Below, one piece after another: positions 17,988 through 26,833 of a DNA stretch of 64,000 nt. The DNA comes from a virus, in IMG/VR virus record IMGVR_UViG_2928010679_000002; one strand, given 5' to 3'. Position 1 is the stretch's first letter; each line of letters begins with the position of its first letter. Position numbers and translations under genes: made by a program. The notes beneath the pieces were generated by a model that saw nothing but the letters and a program-made list of their open reading frames with translations, was not told the origin of the DNA and searched no databases.

Positions 17988-18205
17988 CGGTTGTTCTGTT
18001 CCCGAGCCCGGCCGCGGCGCAGCTGGAAGGCGGCATCACCCACGAGCAGGCGGCCGAGGTGTTTCGCCGCTTCTGGGAGCAAGGTCAGGCCGCGCCAACT
18101 ATCGCGCACGAAATGCGCGCGCCGTACGACGCGGTGTGCAAGGTACTTGGCGGCACCATCTTCCGCGACCTCTGGCGACATTGGTGCGATCGGGTCATGC
18201 CATGA
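17984..18205 (+). CDS. Hypothetical protein
   Basis: GTG start coupled to upstream TGA; 73 aa. Confidence 0.55.
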   Translation: MTVVLFPSPAAAQLEGGITHEQAAEVFRRFWEQGQAAPTIAHEMRAPYDAVCKVLGGTIFRDLWRHWCDRVMP

Positions 18206-18756
18206 AGCGCAGCGCGCCGCTCGAACGCACTGCCTTCAAGCGCCGGCAGCCGAGGCTGATCGGGGTGGACCTTGCCACAAAGCCGAGCGTCACTGTGCTG
18301 GTCCGAATGGAGCCTGTGCCCGGCCGCATCGTGAGCATGGTCGCGATCAACGATGCCGACTTCCGCGGGGCAATGCCAAAGACCGTGAAGCAGGAGAACC
18401 GCACGCTGTTGAACATGGCCAAGGGCCAGCGCTGCCTGCTGCAGGTGCCCGGTACGTGCTCGGGCGACACCGCCACCACGGTCGCGTGTCACAGCAACTG
18501 GTCGGTGCACGGCAAGGCCGGCGCGCGCAAGGCGGACGACCAGTACACCGTCTACGGGTGCTTCGCATGCCATACCTGGCTCGACCAGGGCCCGGCCCCG
18601 GCCGCCGAGAAGATCGAGCGGTTCGCCGCCGCTCACCGCTGGATGGTGGCCATCTGGCAAGACATCGTGGCTGGCATGCAGCCGGCCACGCCACGCGAAC
18701 GCCGCGCCGCACAATGGGCGCTCGACCATTTGAAGGAGAGCAGGGATGACGCCTGA
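18202..18756 (+). CDS. DUF1364/YbcO-like Zn-binding nuclease-fold protein
   Basis: AKGQRCLLQVPGTCSGDTATTVACHSN...KADD...YGCFACHTWLD. Confidence 0.8.
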   Translation: MKRSAPLERTAFKRRQPRLIGVDLATKPSVTVLVRMEPVPGRIVSMVAINDADFRGAMPKTVKQENRTLLNMAKGQRCLLQVPGTCSGDTATTVACHSNWSVHGKAGARKADDQYTVYGCFACHTWLDQGPAPAAEKIERFAAAHRWMVAIWQDIVAGMQPATPRERRAAQWALDHLKESRDDA

Positions 18757-19372
18757 GGAGATCAAGTTTCTGGTGGGCCTGTTGCCCGGTTTCGGCGTGG
18801 GAGTGCTGGTGGCTGCCGCCGTCGCCTACCTGCTGGTCAAGCACTTTGCGTCCGGCTACCTCGGTCAAAAGGGAAAGAACCTCGCTGACAAGGAAGACAT
18901 CGCGGACCTGACCAGCCAGGTCGAAGAGATCAAGCGGCAACAGGCCGAAATGATCGAGGCCGTGAAGGCCCGAAACCAGTTGCGCATGGCGGCGGTTGAT
19001 CGTCGTCTACAGGCGCACCAGGAGGCATTTGCGTTGCTTCGCGTGTTGATGCAACAGGCTCACGGGCCGGAGCTCGGCAAGCAGGTCATGGCGTGCCAGG
19101 AATGGTGGGAAAAGAACTGCCTCTACCTCGAACCGCAGGCTCGCGAGGCCTTCAGCAATGCCTACTTTGCGGCAAACGTGCACCAAACTCTTTTGCAGGC
19201 CTCCCAGTTCCAGATGAATGCATCGCCAGAGCAGGCCAAGCAGGGCATCGAGAACATCACGACCAACTGGGCACGTGTCACAGGAGCGCTCAACGTCGTG
19301 CTCGAGTCGGTGGCGTTGCCCCCTTTGACGTTGAAAGAGGCTGATCCGATCAAGCCATCGGCCGCAACCTGA
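18746..19372 (+). CDS. Membrane-anchored coiled-coil protein
   Basis: N-terminal TM, then YLGQKGKNLADKEDIADLTSQVEEIK. Confidence 0.7.
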   Translation: MTPEEIKFLVGLLPGFGVGVLVAAAVAYLLVKHFASGYLGQKGKNLADKEDIADLTSQVEEIKRQQAEMIEAVKARNQLRMAAVDRRLQAHQEAFALLRVLMQQAHGPELGKQVMACQEWWEKNCLYLEPQAREAFSNAYFAANVHQTLLQASQFQMNASPEQAKQGIENITTNWARVTGALNVVLESVALPPLTLKEADPIKPSAAT

Positions 19373-19407
19373 CGAGCGCACGATTTTTGAACGAGGAGAA
19401 CAATCAA

Positions 19408-19968
19408 ATGGCAGATGCCCGCAAATCCACAACCGCCCTGGTGCTCGAGGCCGTGCAAGACCTCTACAACCAGGAGCAGATCGTCACCCGCGAGACGCTC
19501 GCCGAACTCACGGGCCTGAAATTGAGCGTGATCGACGACCGCCTGGGCACCTTGGCCGACGACGGCGCCATCCTGCGCGTGCAGCGCGGGGTGTACGTGC
19601 CGGCGCCGCAGCATCCGCCGGCCCGGCCGATGTCGAAGACCGTGATGCCTGACGGCATGGTCAAGATCGAGATCGGCGACGAGGTGCTCACACTGACGCC
19701 GCGCGAGGACCGCGCGCTCGCCAACCTCATGGCCGGTGCCGCCGCGCAGGCCGCTGCCATCGAGACGGGACGCAACACCGCCCTCATGGCGGCCGAGCTC
19801 GGCGAGGAGGTGAAGCGCCTGCGCCGCCAGGTCGCCGCCCTTGAGGTTCGCATCGACCCGAACCAAGCCCAGCTGTTCGAGACCCCCTGTAGGGCGGGCG
19901 CCAAGGCGGCCAACGGGGCAAAGTTCGGTCGCGGTGTAGCTCAGCCTGGTAGAGCACAGGGCTCATAA
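19408..19968 (+). CDS. Winged-HTH protein, candidate late-gene activator; 3' end runs into the tRNA
   Basis: TRETLAELTGLKLSVIDDRLGTLADDGAILRVQRGVY; last gene before the late region; GAGGAG RBS. Confidence 0.65.
   Translation: MADARKSTTALVLEAVQDLYNQEQIVTRETLAELTGLKLSVIDDRLGTLADDGAILRVQRGVYVPAPQHPPARPMSKTVMPDGMVKIEIGDEVLTLTPREDRALANLMAGAAAQAAAIETGRNTALMAAELGEEVKRLRRQVAALEVRIDPNQAQLFETPCRAGAKAANGAKFGRGVAQPGRAQGS
19883..19924 (+). promoter_or_regulatory. Late-promoter-like motif copy 1 (tRNA)
   Basis: CCCCCTGTAGGG, then CAAAGT ending 34 nt after the T of TAGGG; tRNA starts 6 nt later. Confidence 0.55.
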
Positions 19969-20006
19969 CCCAGAGGTCGGCGGTTCGATTCCGTCCCCCG
20001 CAACCG
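19930..20006 (+). tRNA. tRNA-Met(CAT), initiator (fMet) type, with two extra mismatches
   Basis: Cloverleaf; anticodon loop CTCATAA; C1:A72 mismatch and three G-C pairs closing the anticodon stem (initiator hallmarks); T-loop TTCGATT; ends ACCG, not ACCA. Confidence 0.9.
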
Positions 20007-20207
20007 GAACCAACCCCGGTACATGGCGTCAGCCCTGGCGTCGGAGTGGGGGGCAAGCCGCTCCACGATTACCCCTTGCGCATCCCAGGGGCTTCAGGGT
20101 GGGATGAAAACCGCACGATCCAGCGCTTCACCGCGCAGCCGGATGGATCGAACCCGGCGCCTTCGCCGGACAGTTGTCTCCTCGCCTGCTATCTTGCGGG
20201 TGATTCG

Positions 20208-20238
20208 CCCACCGGGTTCGCCCGGTGGGTTTTTCTTT
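20208..20238 (+). terminator. Intrinsic terminator after the tRNA region
   Basis: CCCACCGGG-TTCG-CCCGGTGGG then TTTTTCTTT. Confidence 0.85.
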
Positions 20239-20242
20239 GGGC

Positions 20243-20569
20243 TTAGGCCTTCGCGGATGGTGCCTTCGCAAGGTGGATGAGAGCTTCGGCCTGAACCTTG
20301 GCCAGCAGGCGAAGGGCTTCTTCCGGGTTCGACTTCGCAAACTGTGCGAGCCAACCTTCGAGGTCTGCCTGTTCAAACTGAAAGTGCACGAGGAACGCGC
20401 CGCCGAGCGTTAGATTGTTGACCTTGCCGTAGGCCGAGGTTGCATCGTCCCAGATCAATGCCTTGTTCGACTCTGTCCTGATTCCCCCTCCAGCGGCCTT
20501 TCGCACTGGTGTAACCGGATGGCTATGCAGAGTGGTGGCCCGCTGCCAGCCTCGAAAAGTGAGTTTCAT
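20243..20569 (-). CDS. Cargo (moron) protein of unknown function
   Basis: 108 aa, GGAG RBS, antisense to the late genes, sits between the terminator and the terS promoter. Confidence 0.7.
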   Translation of the reverse strand: MKLTFRGWQRATTLHSHPVTPVRKAAGGGIRTESNKALIWDDATSAYGKVNNLTLGGAFLVHFQFEQADLEGWLAQFAKSNPEEALRLLAKVQAEALIHLAKAPSAKA

Positions 20570-20634
20570 GCTGTCTCCATTGTTGTTACAGCATCGTAAC
20601 GAATAGATCGCGATTAGGGCGAAGGCTCTGCAGT

Positions 20635-20676
20635 CCCCCTATAGGGTTCGACCCACCAGCCGTCGCCCGGAACACT
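20635..20676 (+). promoter_or_regulatory. Late-promoter-like motif copy 2 (terS)
   Basis: CCCCCTATAGGGTTCGAC...AACACT, 7 nt, ATG. Confidence 0.7.
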
Positions 20677-20683
20677 CGCGCGC

Positions 20684-21649
20684 ATGGCAACTCGCAAGCC
20701 GGCCAAGAAGCAGGCACCCGCACCGAAGAAGACCACCACCAAGCCCGCAGCCCCCAAGAAGGCCGCGAGCGCACCTGCGCGCAAGAAGGCACCGCCCGCT
20801 AAGGTGACGAAGAAGAAGCCAGCACGACCCGCCCGAGTAGTTCCAGTACCAGCATCCCAACCTGCGCAGCTCGTAGTCACTGACCTGCAGCAGCGCTTCG
20901 TCGACGAGTACTTGGTGGACCTGAATGGGACTCAGGCTGCCATCCGAGCCGGCTACAGCCCTGACAGCGCCCGGCAGATGGCGTCCGAGAACCTGTCAAA
21001 ACCGTACATCCAGGCTGCGATTGCTGCCGCCCGGAAGCTGCAACAGGAGCGCACTCAGGTCGATGCCGATCGCGTGGTGACGGAAGCGTGGAACATCATG
21101 CTGGCCGACCCGCGCGAACTGGTGCAGGTGAAGGTCGGTTGCTGCCGGCATTGCTGGGGCGAGGGCTTCAAGTTCCAACGCACCATCGGCGAGTTCAATC
21201 ACGACCAGGAGCACCACGCCCTGAAGGCTGGCAGCCTGGCCGACTTCGACGAGAAGGGCGGCATCGGCTTCGATCCGCTCAAGCCACCGCATCCATCCTG
21301 CCCAGACTGCGGCGGTGATGGGCACGCGCGCACCGTGCTGGCCGACACGCGGCGCCTCTCGCCCCGGGCGATCGCGCTCTACGCCGGCGCCAAGATGACC
21401 AAGTTCGGCATCGAGATCGCCATGCACGACAAGGGCGCGGCGATGGAGAAGCTGTTCAAGCACCTGGGCCTGTACGAGAAGGACAACCAGCAGAAGACCG
21501 ATCCGCTGGCCGCGCTGCTGCACAGCATTGCGAACGGGAACGGCAACGGGTTCCGGCCTGTCGCCAACGATCCGGAGACGCCAGAAGCCCCAACGGGCCC
21601 TAACAGTCTGATGCCGCGGGAGGATGTCGACGATGGCCGCCCAGGCTAA
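20684..21649 (+). CDS. terS: Terminase small subunit with a Cys-rich insertion
   Basis: QQRFVDEYLVDLNGTQAAIRAGYS...A...ASENLSKPYIQAAI; CCRHCWG...CPDCGGDG. Confidence 0.93.
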   Translation: MATRKPAKKQAPAPKKTTTKPAAPKKAASAPARKKAPPAKVTKKKPARPARVVPVPASQPAQLVVTDLQQRFVDEYLVDLNGTQAAIRAGYSPDSARQMASENLSKPYIQAAIAAARKLQQERTQVDADRVVTEAWNIMLADPRELVQVKVGCCRHCWGEGFKFQRTIGEFNHDQEHHALKAGSLADFDEKGGIGFDPLKPPHPSCPDCGGDGHARTVLADTRRLSPRAIALYAGAKMTKFGIEIAMHDKGAAMEKLFKHLGLYEKDNQQKTDPLAALLHSIANGNGNGFRPVANDPETPEAPTGPNSLMPREDVDDGRPG

Positions 21650-23384
21650 GCAGGCCGCGCGCCTGGCCGACGCCGGCACGCTCGATGAAGACGACACCGC
21701 GCTGGACGTAGAGGCCGGCCGCGCGGTCGACTTGCAGCTCGGGCATCGCTGGGACAACCGGCGTCGCCCCAAGCGTGGGCCGCACATCGCAAAGCACGCC
21801 GAGCTCCTCCCTACCAATGCGGCGGAGCTCGAACGCTGCTTGCGCGACCCCGAATGGCGCCTGTTCAGCGGTTGCCTGTATCAGATCATCGTCAAGGGCG
21901 AGCCGGTCAAGAACGATGACGGCGAGGTCATCGACGAGGGCGATTCCTTCGTCATGCCGTTCAAGCCCAATCGGGCCCAGCGGCGCTTCATCACGCGGCT
22001 CTGGCACCGCAACGCCATCCTCAAGGCCCGGCAGCTCGGTTTTACGACGCTGATTGCCATCCTCTGGCTCGACCACGCCCTGTTCAACGGGAACCAGCGC
22101 TGCGGCATGATCGCCCAGGACCGCGAGACGGCCGAAGCCATCTTCCGCGACAAGGTCGTGTTCGCGTACGACCACTTGCCCGAGGAGATCCGCCAGCGCT
22201 TCCCGCTCGCCCGCGCCAGCACGAAGGAGCTGCTGTTCGGCCACAACAACAGCAGCATCCGCGTGGCTACCAGCGTGCGTGGCGGCACCATCCACCGCCT
22301 GCACGTCTCCGAGTTCGGGAAGATCTGCGCCAAGTTCCCCGCGAAGGCTAACGAAGTCGTCACCGGTTCCTTCCAGGCCGTGCCGCTGTCCGGCATCCTG
22401 GTCATCGAGAGCACCGCCGAAGGCACCGAGGGCGAGTTCTACGAGATATGCCAGCGTGCGCAGGCACTCGTGGCAGGAGCGCGCAAGCTCACGCCCAGCC
22501 AATACCGCTTCCACTTCTACGCCTGGTGGCAGGACCCGAACTACTCGATCGACCCGGTCGGCGTGCCGATCAGCCCCGAGCAGCACGACTACTTCGACGA
22601 GCTCGAGACGAAGGTCGACGTCAAGATCGACCTGGGCCAGCGCGCCTGGTACGTTGAAAAGCTGCGCAACGACTTCTCCGGCAAAGAGGAGCGGATGTGG
22701 CAGGAGTACCCTTCGACGCCCGAGGAGGCCTTCCAGCAGTCCACAGCCGGCCACTACTACGCGAAAGACATGGTGCTGCTGCGCAAGCGCGGCGCCATTT
22801 GCCAGGTGCCACTGCTGGACCTGCCCGTGTTCACCTTCTGGGACATCGGGAACAGCGACGGCACGGCGATCTGGTTCATGCAGATGCTGCGCAACGAAGA
22901 CCGCTTCATCGGCTACTACGAGGAGCACGAGGAGGACCTGCGCCACTATGCGCGGCACCTCCAAGAGCGCGGCTACCTCTACGGTGGCCACTTCCTGCCC
23001 CATGACGCCGACCACAAGCGGCTCGGCGACTACAACCGCAGCACCCGAGAGCAGCTGCAGCTCCTGATGCCCGGCCAGGCCTTCTTCATCGTGCCGCGCG
23101 TCACCGAGCTGATGACCGGCATCTACTCTGTGCGCAAGCACATCAAGGGCGCCTTCTTCGACCTCGATGGCACGAAGCAGGGCATCGAGCGCATCCAGGG
23201 CTACAAGAAGAAGTACAGCACCTCCGAGAACCGCTTCATCGACCAGCCCGACAAGAGCAACGGTTGCACTGAAGGCGCGGACGCGCTGCGCCAGTGGGCC
23301 CAGGCCAAGGAGCTGGGCATGTTGGCCAACCTCACCCAGAACACCGCCTACGTCGAAGCGCCGGTCTCCGACTGGCGCGCGTAG
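21633..23384 (+). CDS. terL: Terminase large subunit
   Basis: ILKARQLGFTT (Walker A), RLHVSEFG (Walker B), IESTAEG, FWDIGNSDGTAIWF nuclease; GGAGG 9 nt before ATG 21633. Confidence 0.95.
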   Translation: MAAQAKQAARLADAGTLDEDDTALDVEAGRAVDLQLGHRWDNRRRPKRGPHIAKHAELLPTNAAELERCLRDPEWRLFSGCLYQIIVKGEPVKNDDGEVIDEGDSFVMPFKPNRAQRRFITRLWHRNAILKARQLGFTTLIAILWLDHALFNGNQRCGMIAQDRETAEAIFRDKVVFAYDHLPEEIRQRFPLARASTKELLFGHNNSSIRVATSVRGGTIHRLHVSEFGKICAKFPAKANEVVTGSFQAVPLSGILVIESTAEGTEGEFYEICQRAQALVAGARKLTPSQYRFHFYAWWQDPNYSIDPVGVPISPEQHDYFDELETKVDVKIDLGQRAWYVEKLRNDFSGKEERMWQEYPSTPEEAFQQSTAGHYYAKDMVLLRKRGAICQVPLLDLPVFTFWDIGNSDGTAIWFMQMLRNEDRFIGYYEEHEEDLRHYARHLQERGYLYGGHFLPHDADHKRLGDYNRSTREQLQLLMPGQAFFIVPRVTELMTGIYSVRKHIKGAFFDLDGTKQGIERIQGYKKKYSTSENRFIDQPDKSNGCTEGADALRQWAQAKELGMLANLTQNTAYVEAPVSDWRA

Positions 23385-23393
23385 GAGCACCCA

Positions 23394-25739
23394 ATGAACA
23401 TGAACAACAGCACCACCACCCCGAGCATCGAGGAAGAGATGGACGCCGATGGCGCACTCACCCTGGAGGAATACCGCCAGTTCATCTACGAGATCGAGCA
23501 GCAGCCGCCGTGGCGCGCGGTGGCGGACAAGGAGCTCGACTATGCCGACGGCAACCAGCTCGACACCGAGCTGCTGCGCGCGCAGAAGGACCTCGGCATC
23601 CCGCCGGCGAAGGAAGACCTGATCGGGCCCGCGCTGCTGGCCATTCAGGGCTACGAGGCCTCGGTGCGCACTGACTGGCGTGTCTCCCCCAACGGGCAGC
23701 CGGACGGGCAGGACGTCGCCGACGCTCTGAACTTCCGACTGAACGAGGCAGAGCGTCACTCGAAGGCTGACCAGGCGTGCTCGAAGGCCTTCCGCCCCCA
23801 GGCGGCCGTGGGTCTCGGCTGGGTGGAGGTTTCGCGCGAATCGGACCCCTTCAAGTATCCGTACCGGTGCTCCTCTGTGCACCGCAACGAGATCCATTGG
23901 GACTTCTACGCCAAGGAGGACGACCTGAGCGATGCGCGCTACGTCCGGCGCGAACGCTGGTTGCCTCCGAGCCGCATCGCCAAGGTGTTCCCGCAGCATC
24001 GCCAGCTCATTCTCGAATGCGGTCGACATGGTCAATCCTGGTGGGTGAACCTGTCGCCCGAGGCGCTGGACGGTGGCAGCTCGACCGGCCTGACGGGTGG
24101 AGCCTGGGACGCGGCGCGCGGTTGGACCGTGGCCGAGCACAACTGGTACGACCCGGTCAGCAAGGACATGTGCGTGGCAGAGGTCTGGTACCGCCGCTGG
24201 GCGGAGGTGACGGTGCTGCGATCGCCCGACGGCCGCGTGGTGGAGTACGACGCCGAGAACCCGGTGCACAACTACTCGCTGGCCCGTGGTCTGGTGCGGC
24301 CGCAGCACGCTGTCATCCCTCGCGTGCGCCGCAGCTTCTGGCTCGGGCCGCATCGCCTGCACGACGGCCCCAGCCCGTACACCCATCGGCACTTCCCCTA
24401 CGTGCCGTTCTGGGGATACCGCGAGGACGGCACGCGCGTGCCATACGGCTTGGTGCGCGGCATGATCTTCCAGCAGGACCGGCTCAACAGCGGCACGGCC
24501 GCGATGACATGGGGCATGACCGCCTATCGCGTGGAGCGCACCAAGGGCGCGGTGGCCATGACCGACGAGCAGCTGCGCCGCCAGGTGGGTCGTCGCAACG
24601 CCGACATCGTGCTGGACCCGGCCCAGATGGCGCAGCCGGGCGCCCGGTTCGAGGTGAAGCGGGACGTGCAGCTCACCGACCAGCAACTGCAAATGCTCAA
24701 TGACGCGCGCATGGCGCTGGAGCGCGTGTCGCCGGCGGCTGCCTCTGCCTTCTCCGGCCGGCGCGGCACCGCCACGAGCGGCGTGCAGGAAGAGACGCAG
24801 GTGGAGCAGGCGAACCAAGGCCTCGCTCACCTGATGGACAACTTCAAGGCCGCGCGCACCCAGGTCGGCGAATTGCTGCTGGCCATGGTCGTCGAGGACA
24901 TGGGCCGCGAGCCGCACACCATCGTCATCGAGGGCGATGCCATCACGCCCGACCGCACGATCCTCATCAACAAGCCCGAGACCGATCCAAAGACGGGCGT
25001 GGCTTACCTGTCCAACGACCTGCAACGCACGCGCCTGAAGGTCGCGCTTGAGGATGTGCCGAGCAGCTCGAGCTACCGCGGCCAACAGCTCAACGCCATG
25101 AGCGAGGCAGTCAAGAGCCTGCCACCGCAGTACCAGGCCGCGGCGATGCCGTTCCTGGCCAGCCTCATGGACGTGCCGTTCAAGCGCGACTTGGTGGAGG
25201 CGCTGCGCGCCGCTGGGCAACAGGCCTCGCCGGAGGACATCGAGAAGCAGGTGCAGGAACGTGTGGCGCAGGAGGTCAAGCTGGCCGGCCACGACCTCAA
25301 GGCTCGCGAACTCGACATGAAAGAGCGGCTGACCGACGCGCAGATCAAGCAGCTGATGGCGCAGGCGGTGCAGACCGGCGTGCAGGCGGCCTTCGCGGCG
25401 ATGCAGGGTGGCGCGCAGGTGGCGCAGATGCCGATGATCGCGCCGATCGCTGACGCCATCATGCAAGGCGCGGGCTACACGCGGCCCAGCCCGGGTGGCG
25501 ACGATCCGAACTTCCCGACGCCGGCACAGACGGCGGCGATGAACATCAAGGACCCCTACATCCAGGGGCAGGGTGCCGCGCTGGTGGCGCCCGAGGCGCA
25601 GGAGGAGGCGGGCGCCGCACCGCCTGTGCGCGAGAACACCAGCCCGACGTTCCCCGCTCGGGCAGGCGCGGGCGGCAGCGGCATGGACGGAATCGAGACG
25701 GCGCGCACCGGGGACAATTTGGAGGCGGTGTCGTCCTAG
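23394..25739 (+). CDS. Portal protein (P22-like)
   Basis: 781 aa after terL; PYVPFWGYRED...PYGLVRGMIFQQDRLN; C-terminal Q/A-rich helical extension. Confidence 0.88.
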   Translation: MNMNNSTTTPSIEEEMDADGALTLEEYRQFIYEIEQQPPWRAVADKELDYADGNQLDTELLRAQKDLGIPPAKEDLIGPALLAIQGYEASVRTDWRVSPNGQPDGQDVADALNFRLNEAERHSKADQACSKAFRPQAAVGLGWVEVSRESDPFKYPYRCSSVHRNEIHWDFYAKEDDLSDARYVRRERWLPPSRIAKVFPQHRQLILECGRHGQSWWVNLSPEALDGGSSTGLTGGAWDAARGWTVAEHNWYDPVSKDMCVAEVWYRRWAEVTVLRSPDGRVVEYDAENPVHNYSLARGLVRPQHAVIPRVRRSFWLGPHRLHDGPSPYTHRHFPYVPFWGYREDGTRVPYGLVRGMIFQQDRLNSGTAAMTWGMTAYRVERTKGAVAMTDEQLRRQVGRRNADIVLDPAQMAQPGARFEVKRDVQLTDQQLQMLNDARMALERVSPAAASAFSGRRGTATSGVQEETQVEQANQGLAHLMDNFKAARTQVGELLLAMVVEDMGREPHTIVIEGDAITPDRTILINKPETDPKTGVAYLSNDLQRTRLKVALEDVPSSSSYRGQQLNAMSEAVKSLPPQYQAAAMPFLASLMDVPFKRDLVEALRAAGQQASPEDIEKQVQERVAQEVKLAGHDLKARELDMKERLTDAQIKQLMAQAVQTGVQAAFAAMQGGAQVAQMPMIAPIADAIMQGAGYTRPSPGGDDPNFPTPAQTAAMNIKDPYIQGQGAALVAPEAQEEAGAAPPVRENTSPTFPARAGAGGSGMDGIETARTGDNLEAVSS

Positions 25740-25745
25740 CCGGTC

Positions 25746-26444
25746 TCAGGCCGATGCCGCTGGGCGCATGTACTCACCTCTCACGCTTTCGTACATGGGC
25801 GGCATGCCCAACTTGGCGAAGAATTCATCTGTAAAGGCCACTGCGGATCTGACTGCCCATGCCGCGCAGCCGGCGCCCAGCATCTTGTCCGGGTAGTAGG
25901 GGTTGCCGGGACCAGTCAGGGGATTGTTGGGAAACTTGCTCTGAAGTCCATCGAATGCGTGCGCCTGCGGCTTTTTGCCGTCGACCGCGGAGGTGATGGT
26001 TTCGGGCTCGAAGTGGACGAGGGCATTGCGCAGGTTGACGAGTTGCTTTGCGTCCTGATAGGGGCTGCGGCTGGTGTCGAAAGACGGCTTGCCGTTCAGT
26101 TGCAGCGCGATCTCGTATTTTTGAAGGATGGGATACCCGGCCCTGCGCGGTATTCCCTGTTTCCACATCGCCTCCATCAATGCTCGCGCTGGCAAGCAGG
26201 CGAGGCGCTCAAACTTCGGATCATCAACGCAATCCGAAAAGAGCTCATTGATTGTGGCCTCCAGGAAGGCGGCTGCCATCACGACAGCGGACGCCGAGGC
26301 CGCCGAGTGTTTCCGCCACTCTGGACCTTCGATTACTGGAGGCAAAGGCCTGTTTTCTACCTCCCTGCACTGATCCACGAAAAGCGCTGCTGCGGAAAGG
26401 TGGCGGATGGAAAAGTAGTGCCGAAAGGAAATGGTAACGCTCAT
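25746..26444 (-). CDS. HEPN-like cargo protein
   Basis: MAAAFLEATINE helix and LVNLRNALVH (RxxxxH) motif; antisense insertion after the portal. Confidence 0.65.
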   Translation of the reverse strand: MSVTISFRHYFSIRHLSAAALFVDQCREVENRPLPPVIEGPEWRKHSAASASAVVMAAAFLEATINELFSDCVDDPKFERLACLPARALMEAMWKQGIPRRAGYPILQKYEIALQLNGKPSFDTSRSPYQDAKQLVNLRNALVHFEPETITSAVDGKKPQAHAFDGLQSKFPNNPLTGPGNPYYPDKMLGAGCAAWAVRSAVAFTDEFFAKLGMPPMYESVRGEYMRPAASA

Positions 26445-26833
26445 CTAGGCTCGCTCATGGCGCCTTCAAAGTAGGTCGCTGCATTGTGCTCGGCCTGCCG
26501 GTCGGCCCCCCGTCGGGTTCGCACGAACTTCGTACGTTCCCGAGCATTGGCCGGTCAACGGTAGCGGCCACGACAACCAACCCAGAGCCCTGTGTTCTGG
26601 CATCCCACCTCCGCGACGAGGCGGCCGCAGCGCCGGCCGTACGCGAGAACAACAGCCGGACTTTCCCGCCGTGGCCATCAAGCGGTGCAGGGCGGCTGTA
26701 GGGTGCTGAGACGCGAGTGAAGCCGACAATTTCGCGACCGAAGGTGCTGCCAACTGACTGCTTCGCGCTTGCACTCGCTTGGATGGAATACATTCCCCCG
26801 AGCACGTGGACGTTCATCGGAACTGGATCAAGA

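Noticed and set aside
20120-20170. GCGC-TTCACC-GCGC and GATCGAAC suggesting a tRNA-Sec or second tRNA
   Set aside because: No complete cloverleaf could be built; kept only as a possible structured RNA
21600-25466. 1288-aa minus-strand ORF (also 58545..60635, 48994..51066, 55557..57143, 32403..33875, 31195..32556)
   Set aside because: Antisense shadows of well-supported phage genes; stop-poor reverse frames are expected in high-GC coding DNA, and they carry no recognisable motifs
26692-26735. CTGTAGGG resembling the late-promoter motif upstream of DUF262
   Set aside because: No C-tract or TTCGAC, and no -10-like hexamer at the +34 position
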